A program made the translations under genes and the position numbers. From assembly GCA_963662275.1 (NCBI GenBank), contig OY759316.1, positions 1,120,001 through 1,184,000 on the forward strand: a stretch of DNA of 64,000 bases, read 5' to 3'. Below the pieces are notes generated by a model. The model was not told where the DNA came from and made no database searches. It worked only from the letters and a program-made list of their open reading frames with translations. Each line of letters begins with the position of its first letter. Position 1 is the first letter of the stretch. This DNA is from Candidatus Cloacimonadales bacterium. GTDB lineage: Bacteria; Cloacimonadota; Cloacimonadia; Cloacimonadales; DAONDQ01. This document shows positions 1 to 9,338 of this stretch, piece by piece.

Positions 1-2
1 AG

Positions 3-1166
3 GTGATGTCACCAAATGGAAGAGAAGTATGGTTCTATGGAACTTCCAAGACAATTCGCTGGTCTTCACTTAGTCCTACCGGCTATGTTAAAATTGAATA
101 TTCGATTGATGACGGATTATCCTGGAATATGATTGTCCCCAGTACTTTCAATACAGGAAGTTATGTTTGGAATCAGATACCCAATCTGTATACATCCAAT
201 TGCATTGTGCGGGTTTCTCATTTAACCAATAATTGGACTGATATCAGCAATAATTCGTTTTCCATTTTGAACAATATTCCAATACCAACACCCACTTCAC
301 CTCAGAACCAGGCAACCAATGTCGTGACGAATCCAATGCTGACCTGGCAAACTACGATCGGAACTCTTTCGTATCAAATGCAGATTTCAACTGATGCTGA
401 ATTTGGACAACTCATAGCCGAGCAAAGCAATATAACACACGCATATTATCAAACCCCTACCTTGAATCCATTTACCACTTATTATTGGCATGTCTGCTCG
501 AATACGGAAGTTGGATTGGGTGAATATACAGAGACCCAAAGTTTCATAACAGGACAGGTCTCTGTTACACCTTCTGTCCCGATCATGTCTTTACCTGTCA
601 ATTCAGCATCTGGTTTACCTGCGAATCCTGAATTTTCCTGGAACAGCAGTTTTCAAGCTGATAGTTATCAATTAGTAATTGCCAGAGATAATTATTTTAC
701 TCAAATAGTAATCAGTCATGATAATATCACAGAGACAAGTTATCAAGTTGCTTCTTTATTACCCAATACTCATTACTACTGGAGAATTCGGGCACACAAT
801 ATCGCAGGTTATAGTAATTTCTCAATTATCAGGAATTTCACAACAGGTAACTATACGGCGACTGATGATCAGATTAATTCGGTAATAACCAAGAATGACT
901 TATTTCCAAATTATCCAAATCCTTTTAATCCGGAAACGACAATTGCTTTTAGTTTGCTGAATCACCAATTTGTTAAGCTTGAGGTTTTTGATATTCGGGG
1001 ACAAAAAGTAACTTCTCTAATTCAATCCTCAATGGATGCAGGGATACATAAAGTTGTCTGGAATGGGACTGATTCTTCCGGGAAGAAAACAGCTACCGGT
1101 ATTTACTACAGTAAACTTTGTATAGGAAAACAGACATTTATTAGGAAAATGCTTCTGCTGAAGTAA
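3..1166 (+). CDS. 5'-partial secreted protein with Ig/FN3-like repeats and C-terminal FlgD/T9SS-type sorting domain
   Basis: Frame open at window edge; two FN3-like repeats (L.P.T.YYW); C-terminal NYPNPFNPETTI...WNGTD..G...TGIYY...RKMLLLK. Confidence 0.8.
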   Translation: MMSPNGREVWFYGTSKTIRWSSLSPTGYVKIEYSIDDGLSWNMIVPSTFNTGSYVWNQIPNLYTSNCIVRVSHLTNNWTDISNNSFSILNNIPIPTPTSPQNQATNVVTNPMLTWQTTIGTLSYQMQISTDAEFGQLIAEQSNITHAYYQTPTLNPFTTYYWHVCSNTEVGLGEYTETQSFITGQVSVTPSVPIMSLPVNSASGLPANPEFSWNSSFQADSYQLVIARDNYFTQIVISHDNITETSYQVASLLPNTHYYWRIRAHNIAGYSNFSIIRNFTTGNYTATDDQINSVITKNDLFPNYPNPFNPETTIAFSLLNHQFVKLEVFDIRGQKVTSLIQSSMDAGIHKVVWNGTDSSGKKTATGIYYSKLCIGKQTFIRKMLLLK

Positions 1167-1248
1167 GTTTGTTAGATCAGGATGTCATTCTTGCAATACT
1201 AAACGTTCAGTAGGATCGAGACCTAAGCTATATGGTGAATTGAATAGG

Positions 1249-1890
1249 CTAGACTCCACGCTTATCAGGATGCCATAGAAGCTTGTGTAATTGAATCTGC
1301 AATCTGACTGGTATCTTGTCCTGAATTATCCATTCTGCCAGCGTACTTGGCTCTAATGAGCCATGAACGCAAGAGAACAGTATCTTATGTTCCCAAAGGT
1401 GATATTTCTCCAAGAATGCTAAAGCCCATTGATAATCTTGTTTATCGGAAAGAACAAATTTAATTTCGTCATGGTCTTTATGTATCTCATGCAGATTGGA
1501 CAGTACAAAACAGTCAGAACAGCCGCTGGAAGGGCATTTGACATCCACAATGCTGGTTACATAATAAGGGACATGAGCGATATCAATTGTACCATTCGTT
1601 TCTAAGAGTATGCTGTAATCTCTGTCACGAAGATCTGAAATCAATTCATACACATCATTTTGAAGTAATGGTTCACCACCAGTAATTTCAACCAATTTGA
1701 TTGGAGCATACGAAGTGACTTCCTCAAGGATTTTATCAATTGTGTAATCTGTTCCTTCACCATAAGTATAAGTTGAATCACAGTAACTACATCGAAGATT
1801 ACAACCGCTCAATCGAATAAAGATACAAGGTAAGCCAGCATAAGTTGATTCACCTTGAATACTGAGGAAAATCTCTGTCACTGAAAGCAT
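1249..1890 (-). CDS. queE: 7-carboxy-7-deazaguanine synthase-like radical SAM protein
   Basis: EIFLSIQGE, CNLRCSYC, ITGGEPLLQ, LETNG, QLHK motifs. Confidence 0.8.
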   Translation of the reverse strand: MLSVTEIFLSIQGESTYAGLPCIFIRLSGCNLRCSYCDSTYTYGEGTDYTIDKILEEVTSYAPIKLVEITGGEPLLQNDVYELISDLRDRDYSILLETNGTIDIAHVPYYVTSIVDVKCPSSGCSDCFVLSNLHEIHKDHDEIKFVLSDKQDYQWALAFLEKYHLWEHKILFSCVHGSLEPSTLAEWIIQDKIPVRLQIQLHKLLWHPDKRGV

Positions 1891-1914
1891 AAAACGAAAT
1901 CTCGATCAAACAAA

Positions 1915-3117
1915 TCAGAATGGAAAATATGGTAAATGTTTGTGATAACCTAGTTTGGCATCAATCTGATTATTGAGTTTCATGGGATCACCGATAACGA
2001 ATTTATGGCGTTCATCAACTGTAAAATTCGAGTATTGTGCTTGATCAATGCTAAAAGAATCGAGTAATTCCGCATCCCCATAAATGGGTTTTCCCTTATA
2101 TAACATCAGCTTGATGTTCATACTTTTTACTTTTGTTAGATTCAAGTATGGATCATCATCTAAAGAATCCATGATCAGTATTGATTCTGAATGTATATGA
2201 GAACTTCTTTCACTTTCGGGTAGGAAAAGAGCTTTCTCCGCATTCACAGTTACCATTTCAAAAATCTTCATCATGGAGATATGTGGAAATTTCTGGTGAG
2301 CTGTATGGATTTCATCGAATAAATTGATGCTGCCTGATAATGAGGAATCTGTACCAAGGATAACATTCAGACCATATTCAAGACAGGTTTCAATATCTAA
2401 GGTTTTATCTAATAAGTAAAAATTAGATGATGGGCACCAGCAGAGTGTAGAACCAGCATCTGCGCATTGTCTGATCTCTTGTTTCGTGAGACTTACTCCA
2501 TGAACAATAATGGTATTGGGTTGGAGCAATCCCATCTCCATTAGTTTAGAGAATTCATTCCGGGTTACTTCATCAAATCCTTCACCTAAATGAATAATGA
2601 AAGGCTCTTTCAGCTTAGTTAACTTCCACTCTTCATTTGGAGTCAATCCTCCCCACCAATTTCCTAAAGTCAGGGAATGACATTGCCGATAATTTCGAAG
2701 TATGTTGATAGGGAAGAGGTCATAATACTTTATCGTTTGATTCGGTCCATGATCCTGGACAACAGTGCATCCTGAAAAGATGTTCTTATATGCGCCAATC
2801 AATGCCAGAAGAGGTGCTTCCCCTTTCATTAAGTCGAAACTACCATCATTTACCCATATTTTATTTCTCTCTAAAACTGACTCTGTTTGCTTCATATCTT
2901 CAACCCAGATGTGAGAATTGATATAGGGACGGTGAGTACCGGCTTTGGGATACCAATTACCGATCATATGATCATGAGAATTGATAAGAGTAGGATAGAC
3001 AATAGCGGTCTTGAAGTCAAGCTGAGAATTTGAATTTCGTCCAGTACTGATGTTAATTGTCACATTTTCTTGGATCTTTCGACCTGGATATGCCGTTTTA
3101 CCTATCGTTATCTTCAT
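1915..3117 (-). CDS. Amidohydrolase-superfamily metal-dependent hydrolase
   Basis: INSHDH, IHLGEG, VHG, WCPSSN, LGTDS motifs; ATGA overlap with etfA stop. Confidence 0.75.
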   Translation of the reverse strand: MKITIGKTAYPGRKIQENVTINISTGRNSNSQLDFKTAIVYPTLINSHDHMIGNWYPKAGTHRPYINSHIWVEDMKQTESVLERNKIWVNDGSFDLMKGEAPLLALIGAYKNIFSGCTVVQDHGPNQTIKYYDLFPINILRNYRQCHSLTLGNWWGGLTPNEEWKLTKLKEPFIIHLGEGFDEVTRNEFSKLMEMGLLQPNTIIVHGVSLTKQEIRQCADAGSTLCWCPSSNFYLLDKTLDIETCLEYGLNVILGTDSSLSGSINLFDEIHTAHQKFPHISMMKIFEMVTVNAEKALFLPESERSSHIHSESILIMDSLDDDPYLNLTKVKSMNIKLMLYKGKPIYGDAELLDSFSIDQAQYSNFTVDERHKFVIGDPMKLNNQIDAKLGYHKHLPYFPF

Positions 3118-4304
3118 GACCGAACTTCATTGATTTTTTTTGTAAGCTTAGGGACAATTTCAAACAAATCACCCACAATACCCAAATCTGCTGCTTTAAA
3201 TATCGCTGCATCAGAATCTTTATTAATGGCTATAATGTAATCAGAAGAGGACATCCCGGCAAGATGCTGAACTGCCCCGGAAATACCACAGGCGATATAA
3301 ATACGGGGTTTAACTGTTTTCCCTGTCTGTCCTACCTGGTGGCTGTAAGATATCCATTCAGAATCAACGGCTGCTCGAGATGCTCCAACAGCACCATCAA
3401 GAGCATCTGCCAGGTCTTCCAATATTTTAAAATTAGCTGCATCCTTAAGACCACGTCCTCCGGAAACAATGACATTAGCTTCAACAATATTAATCAGGCT
3501 GGTTTGTTCTTTTACGAATTCCATATACTCAGAAATCTTCCAATCTTCAGGGATATCAATAGTCTCCGTTAAGACGATACCGGAACGATCGGGATCTCTT
3601 TCCAGGGGATTCATTACTTTGTGTCGTACAGTAGCCATTTGAGGTCTGTGATTGGGAGTAATAATGGTTGCCATGATATTACCCCCGAAAGCTGGTCGAG
3701 TTTGTTGAAGATTTCTATTTTCCAAATCAATTTTCAGTCCAGTGCAGTCAGCAGTTAAACCGGTTCGCAAGTTAACGGCAACTCTCGGTATAAATGAACG
3801 CCCTGTGGCTGTAGCTCCAGCCAGGATGATCTCTGGATTAAATTTTCTGCTTAGTTCAGTCAGGATATAGGCATATCTTTCTTCTGTATAATTGAGGAGC
3901 ACCGGATCATCTACAACAATGACTTTATCAGCACCATAAGCAATTAACTCAGAACTGAGTGGTTCTACTTCAGAACCGATCAGGATTGCCGTCAGTTCGG
4001 ATTCAAGTTCATCAGCTAGTTCCCTGCCCTTTCCTAATAACTCTAAGGTGACGGGAGCAATGGTTTTATGATGTTGTTCAGCATAGACCCAAACTCCGGA
4101 ATAATCATTTTTGTTCAGGGTTGGTTTTACATTTCTCCGAATCATGATTGCTTCAAAGGGACATGCACTAACACATGCGCCACAGAGAACACATTTATCC
4201 GAATTAATTTCAGCTATTTTATTCGATATTGTTACAGAATCATAGGCACATGCTTTGCTACATAGACCGCATCCTATACATTTATCCACGATCACTTCAA
4301 TCAT
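3114..4304 (-). CDS. etfA: Electron transfer flavoprotein alpha subunit with N-terminal 2x[4Fe-4S] ferredoxin domain
   Basis: Two CxxCxxCxxxC motifs; GLTADCT, RPAFGGN, QVGQTGKTV, GISGAVQHLAGM. Confidence 0.92.
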   Translation of the reverse strand: MIEVIVDKCIGCGLCSKACAYDSVTISNKIAEINSDKCVLCGACVSACPFEAIMIRRNVKPTLNKNDYSGVWVYAEQHHKTIAPVTLELLGKGRELADELESELTAILIGSEVEPLSSELIAYGADKVIVVDDPVLLNYTEERYAYILTELSRKFNPEIILAGATATGRSFIPRVAVNLRTGLTADCTGLKIDLENRNLQQTRPAFGGNIMATIITPNHRPQMATVRHKVMNPLERDPDRSGIVLTETIDIPEDWKISEYMEFVKEQTSLINIVEANVIVSGGRGLKDAANFKILEDLADALDGAVGASRAAVDSEWISYSHQVGQTGKTVKPRIYIACGISGAVQHLAGMSSSDYIIAINKDSDAAIFKAADLGIVGDLFEIVPKLTKKINEVRS

Positions 4305-4387
4305 GGGAATCTCCTTGAAGAATGGTAATGATTATTGGATAGGTTAAACGTGGAATTTCGTCAAGAAATTTATTTACAGGGAAAATC

Positions 4388-4418
4388 AAAAAAGGCTCTA
4401 ATTTCATAGAACCTTTTT
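4388..4418 (-). terminator. Probable intrinsic terminator of the HU-bS22-like transcript
   Basis: Minus strand GGUUCUA-loop-UAGAGCC hairpin followed by a U6 tract. Confidence 0.6.
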
Positions 4419-4440
4419 GATCTATACCATTCAAGAATTA

Positions 4441-4536
4441 TTATCTGATTCTTTTTTTATGTCTGTTCTTGCGTAGGCGTTTTTTTCTTTTGTGTGTTGC
4501 GATTTTATGTCTTTTTCTCTTTTTTCCGCAGGGCAT
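4441..4536 (-). CDS. 31-aa basic protein, bS22/mS38 (AURKAIP1/COX24, DUF1713)-like small ribosomal protein; not in ORF track
   Basis: Hand translation MPCGKKRKRHKIATHKRKKRLRKNRHKKRIR*; GGAGGAG Shine-Dalgarno just upstream; directly follows the HU gene. Confidence 0.8.
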   Translation of the reverse strand: MPCGKKRKRHKIATHKRKKRLRKNRHKKRIR

Positions 4537-4557
4537 TACTCCTCCTATGAATAGAAT

Positions 4558-4836
4558 TTATTGATCAGAGATTTCAGTTTTGAACTCTCTGGAGAACTTA
4601 AATGTGGGTACAGTTCTTTCTGGTACAGGAATCTTTTCATCAGTTTTCGGATTTCTGCCAATTCGAGGCTTTCTGACTTTCAGTTTGAAAGTTCCAAACC
4701 CGCGAATTTCAATATGATTGCCATCTTTCATACAATCCTTAATTGACTGCAAAAAAGTATCAACTACGATCGCTACATCCTTCCGAATAATGCCAGTATC
4801 TGTTGAAATGATTTTTACTAAATCGGCTTTAGTCAT
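4558..4836 (-). CDS. HU/IHF family DNA-binding protein
   Basis: MTKADLV, IEIRGFGTF, GRNPKT motifs; 92 aa. Confidence 0.92.
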   Translation of the reverse strand: MTKADLVKIISTDTGIIRKDVAIVVDTFLQSIKDCMKDGNHIEIRGFGTFKLKVRKPRIGRNPKTDEKIPVPERTVPTFKFSREFKTEISDQ

Positions 4837-4951
4837 TTGGTACTCCTTATATCCATAATTTAATGAAATAACTTCCTGTATATAAAGGGTTTAAAATTGA
4901 AATACAGGGAATGTGTCAAGAGAAATATCAATTTCATTATTTTCTGCATGT

Positions 4952-4980
4952 GTAGAGACGCCCAACTTGGGCGTCTCTAC
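4952..4980. repeat. GTAG-initiated REP-like perfect palindrome
   Basis: GTAGAGACGCCCAA-C-TTGGGCGTCTCTAC, 14-bp perfect arms. Confidence 0.7.
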
Positions 4981-5124
4981 GACTCAAAAAGAAACAATTT
5001 CCGATTTATCTTCTAAAGTCAATCTCTGGAATTTACATATTATCCCTTTTCCTGATCGAGAATCGACTAAATCTTTGCCAATGGATTATTTTTTTTTGGC
5101 TTTTTGTCCTGCTTCACCTTAGGA

Positions 5125-8100
5125 TCATTTACTTTTTAAACCGAATAGTTGCCCTAACCAACAACCGCAGGCAATTCCAGATGGTTGAGTACTAGTAAGG
5201 TAGTTAAAGTAGCACTGGTTACACTTATTATCTGATGCATACGCCTTAAAGATACTTGTAATTTGTTTGATCATACGAGCTTGAAGTTTAGAAAAATCAG
5301 CATCATCATCAACACAAGATGGACTTAATGATTTTAGCAAACGATGAACATTCTGTAAGATACCTCCGATAGGTGTGATTAATTCATAAAAACAATCCAG
5401 CGCTGCCAACGGAATTCCATATTGTGTTTGTGTATGTGCAGTCCTTTGTGCTTTGAAATTCCTGATTCTATCTCTTATTTGTTCATACGCTAATTCAGGA
5501 TAATATTTATAGCTTGTATCTTTCTCGAAAACATAATTACTTAACTGGATACCAATCCCATTCAACTGAAAATTCGCTAGATCGTGATACTCGGTCATTT
5601 TAACGATAATCTCACAGGCACGGTCTTTTCGCGGACTGTTTAATGGAACACCTAAATACCAAGTGGCATATGTGAATATGTCAGGTACTTGATACTTAAT
5701 ACAAAGTTGATTCAACTGATCAGTAGATAGATTATTTGTCAGGATTTCCAGAAATTGCTGATGAGAAGCAAACCAGTTCCTTGAGACAAAGATTGGTTTA
5801 TAACCTGGAGCATCTGGGTCTGCCTCAAACAATGCTGATATGTCATCTACCTGGTATCCGATACTGGATTGTTTGGCTATTCCGATAAATTCACTCACAG
5901 CCTGTTTCATGGCTTCTCCAGGTTCGATTATGCTATATGAAAATAGCAATTCTAAAAACATTGTGAAGTAATCCTCAGTCGTAGCAGAACCAAAATGATT
6001 TACTTCAATAGTCCCTTCGTAATCCTTACGTCTGATGATCAAATTCAGTCGCGGATTGATATAGAATGGATACGCAAGAGCATGAGCTGTCCTGATATTT
6101 GTATCTGCCTGGTTGTGACTGATATCGAGTACCGGATTGAATAATAGGTCTGGTTCTATCCAGGAGAGAGGATTGGCATTTCTGTGGGCATCATCAGCCA
6201 CAAAACTCAGAGATGACGGTTTCAGAAAGTAATTAGTTTTCCCAAATCTACCTTCTTTATGATCTTTTTTTACTTGATTCAAACCCATCCATCTTTCGCT
6301 CAAAAAAACTTTGTTGTCTGTTGGGGTTGACAATTTATTCTTAGGACTCATATTGATGTAGTCTGTGATTCTGAGTAAATTTGATTTATATCTATTGATT
6401 AAGTGTCCGGGAATACAACTGATTGTCAATGCATCTTTAACACTCTCATCTTCAATAATAATCGATATATCCGTAAACGGATCACTTGCTTTTATAATCT
6501 CTACGACCGGATGTGTCATACTATAGATGATCATTTCCTTCAGATACTTATGCCATTGCTCGTGAGAATCTTTATAAGGAAGTGGAGATTTCTTATCCCT
6601 ATCATAAATGAATGACCTGGAATCGGGATATTTTTCATTCAATTTTACTTGCAGATTGGCATACATATCGAATTCAGACTGAGATTTTCCTGGGAGAAAC
6701 AGTCTAATGGGAATTAATTCCTTCAACTCATTGTGAAAACTCGAAACAAAGGCAAAAGTATCCATCAACTCAAGGAGCCCATCATGTCTTTTGTGAATGT
6801 TATAGTACATTCGGTTGTGCCAACTGGACGATGATCTCTTGATATGGAATACAGAATACCATTCTCCGCAAAAGTACTCTCTCTGGAATTCAAAGATGTT
6901 ATCAGCAATAGCATTGCTGATATCATTAATCTGATTACGTGAGCCTTTACTGATTTGATTGACTATAATTATTGTTATTCCCTTCGCCAAACCAAAATGA
7001 GTAATTGTTGTGATCAAATCCTGAGCTTCAATTTGCTTGAATATATCGATCAGATTTTCCGTATTATCTAAGACCAGCCTCCTTACTTTGATTGGTACGG
7101 TGATTTTATATGAAAAATCGAACTTTTCATATTCGATTAATTTACTCTTTGTTGCATGTTCAGTTAAATAATCCTTGCCTTGATAAATAGCTTTAGAAGG
7201 ACTGAACTTAATTGGATCATCTTTGCTATTATCGGTTTTCAAATTTGCTTTTTCCCAAAGGATTCTTGATAGTTTAATCCGACAAAATAAATCATCAAAA
7301 TTATCAGTGATTATCTCATTTATAGCAAACGATTCAAGTGCACGAATGACGTCCATGATTTGTTCGAGATAGTACTCTTCGGAAAAATTCCTGACTTCAA
7401 AATGACAGATAACATCGGAAACGTTTCCCCAAATTTCGGGTTTCTTCTCAAATGCATTTGCGGGAATTATCACTTTTCCCCAAGGTGCATCAATTACCTT
7501 ATCATACTCATTTTCCTCATAATTTTCTCCAAACTTAACGATTAAACCGATTGCCTTATCGATGGGATAAGCATTCCTCAGAACGCCTTTTTTAGTACGG
7601 ACTGCTGATACTTCCTTCATTTCTGTCCATATTTTATCTGCTTCAGTTTGTGAGTAATTAATTTCACTAATATCACCAGGTAACTCAATTGGAATTTGTA
7701 AGAAATTATCATTAGTAAAATTATCTTCTTTTATGAATACCCATTTTTCGTCTCTATACGAACTCAAAGTAAAGAACTTGGAAAATGATGATTTATGACA
7801 TCCCTTCTCGCCATTAAGTAAACTAACAGAATTCTTTAAAAAATATGGTTTCATTTCAGGTTTTTTTAGATGCGTATATTCAAAGAAATTGATGATGCCA
7901 TCAATTTTGATTCCATATTCTTTCATTTCTCTAATTGGCTGTATCTGTTTTAACTGGTTTGGTATCAATTCCATTAAGGCAGAGGCTGATGGATAAATAC
8001 CAAATGGAGCTTGACCCTTTGTCGAAAAATGGAAGGGATGTCGACCATAACACATATCCTGGAAACGGCTTTCAATTAACTCTATATACCGAAGATACTC

Positions 8101-9330
8101 ACCATTGATATTTCTTTTCTCAAAACCCATCACCACATCGCAGAAGTACTCAACCATAGTATCTTTAATGGAAGGATCTTTTTCCTGTGTTAGCAGAAGA
8201 ATAGTATTATTCTGTTTGGTTGAGTTTCTGTCGGGCATAGTATCTAGAATGGATCGAAACGCCTGTAACACCTGTCGCCATTTTGACTGCTCAACATCCA
8301 TATCCAAAACAGCATTGATTGAGTCGATCACCACAATATGCCTTTCATCTGATGATCTGCTCTTTTGAAAGGATTCCTCATGAACCTGTACTTTGTGAAG
8401 TAAGTCTGCTGCTGAACACATCGGAACAGGATGGATTGACATCACGAGTTTTTTTGTATTATTTACTTTTTTGAATAATTTCAGGCAGTCTTCTTTTTCC
8501 TCTTGGATATAAACCACTTCATCTTTACTTAGTCCTGTAGGTAAAGTTTTTTCGTCATAGATACATAGTAAATCAAAACTGGTAATACAACGCAAAATAT
8601 TAGTATATGATTGTTCAAGAATGAAATAATCGATAACAAAAGAAAGTGGTTCTGCCTTCTTATAATGTATTTTAGTTTTGCTTTTGTTAAGCATAAATCT
8701 GGGGTCATCGCAGTTTTTTAACAAAGCACATACTAAATTCACTAAAAAAGTTGTTTTTCCCGCACCTGATTCTCCATCAACGGTGATCATGGCAGTGCTC
8801 TTCTTAGGAAGTAGAAAGCCACCCATCATCAGTTGATTCAACCCGGATATTCCTGTATCATATCCGAAATAGGAACAGATGAAATCTTTCGGAATCGCTA
8901 TAAAATCCTTGATTAAGATTTCAACTGACTTTTCTTTAGTTGTTTCATCACGTTTTAAATAAATATTATAAAAGGTTCTTTCCCAGGCAATTGAAGGGTC
9001 AGATATTAGTTTCACTTCGTCCGATGATTCATCTTTTGAACTCGGATAACCATAAAAAATGTTGTCTAATAAAGCAAGCATGGCAGTATAAGGTTGTTGC
9101 ATAACATCTTCATATTTTGATTCTTCAGATCTGATCCTTTCCAGTTCTTCAATTTGCTTCTTATCAATTTTGATGGTGATCCAACCCATTTGACTTTTCT
9201 GGAGTTCCTCGATTGTGGAATTTATAGTCTCGGTTGTTGAATTTCTGCTTTTTGCATATTCATGATTAACATGTCTTTCCAAGTCTTTAAGAAAATTAAA
9301 GCTAGCCTGTGTATATTCCAATATTTTCAT
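5125..9330 (-). CDS. 1401-aa protein: tandem KaiC/RecA-like ATPase domains (second degenerate) plus probable C-terminal solute-binding-protein-like fold
   Basis: Walker A GESGAGKTT, FILEQ, Walker B IVVIDSIN, VEYFCDVV, RYIELIESR; second domain GEKGCHKS/RLVLDN/IADNIFEF; C-terminal PFYINPRL and ATWYLGVPLNSPRKDRACEII resemble ABC sugar-type SBP motifs; no signal peptide. Confidence 0.65.
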   Translation of the reverse strand: MKILEYTQASFNFLKDLERHVNHEYAKSRNSTTETINSTIEELQKSQMGWITIKIDKKQIEELERIRSEESKYEDVMQQPYTAMLALLDNIFYGYPSSKDESSDEVKLISDPSIAWERTFYNIYLKRDETTKEKSVEILIKDFIAIPKDFICSYFGYDTGISGLNQLMMGGFLLPKKSTAMITVDGESGAGKTTFLVNLVCALLKNCDDPRFMLNKSKTKIHYKKAEPLSFVIDYFILEQSYTNILRCITSFDLLCIYDEKTLPTGLSKDEVVYIQEEKEDCLKLFKKVNNTKKLVMSIHPVPMCSAADLLHKVQVHEESFQKSRSSDERHIVVIDSINAVLDMDVEQSKWRQVLQAFRSILDTMPDRNSTKQNNTILLLTQEKDPSIKDTMVEYFCDVVMGFEKRNINGEYLRYIELIESRFQDMCYGRHPFHFSTKGQAPFGIYPSASALMELIPNQLKQIQPIREMKEYGIKIDGIINFFEYTHLKKPEMKPYFLKNSVSLLNGEKGCHKSSFSKFFTLSSYRDEKWVFIKEDNFTNDNFLQIPIELPGDISEINYSQTEADKIWTEMKEVSAVRTKKGVLRNAYPIDKAIGLIVKFGENYEENEYDKVIDAPWGKVIIPANAFEKKPEIWGNVSDVICHFEVRNFSEEYYLEQIMDVIRALESFAINEIITDNFDDLFCRIKLSRILWEKANLKTDNSKDDPIKFSPSKAIYQGKDYLTEHATKSKLIEYEKFDFSYKITVPIKVRRLVLDNTENLIDIFKQIEAQDLITTITHFGLAKGITIIIVNQISKGSRNQINDISNAIADNIFEFQREYFCGEWYSVFHIKRSSSSWHNRMYYNIHKRHDGLLELMDTFAFVSSFHNELKELIPIRLFLPGKSQSEFDMYANLQVKLNEKYPDSRSFIYDRDKKSPLPYKDSHEQWHKYLKEMIIYSMTHPVVEIIKASDPFTDISIIIEDESVKDALTISCIPGHLINRYKSNLLRITDYINMSPKNKLSTPTDNKVFLSERWMGLNQVKKDHKEGRFGKTNYFLKPSSLSFVADDAHRNANPLSWIEPDLLFNPVLDISHNQADTNIRTAHALAYPFYINPRLNLIIRRKDYEGTIEVNHFGSATTEDYFTMFLELLFSYSIIEPGEAMKQAVSEFIGIAKQSSIGYQVDDISALFEADPDAPGYKPIFVSRNWFASHQQFLEILTNNLSTDQLNQLCIKYQVPDIFTYATWYLGVPLNSPRKDRACEIIVKMTEYHDLANFQLNGIGIQLSNYVFEKDTSYKYYPELAYEQIRDRIRNFKAQRTAHTQTQYGIPLAALDCFYELITPIGGILQNVHRLLKSLSPSCVDDDADFSKLQARMIKQITSIFKAYASDNKCNQCYFNYLTSTQPSGIACGCWLGQLFGLKSK

Positions 9331-9338
9331 GCGTCCTC

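Noticed and set aside
5125..9330. Circadian clock KaiC
   Set aside because: Far longer than KaiC, second Walker A degenerate, extra C-terminal domain, and no kaiA/kaiB nearby
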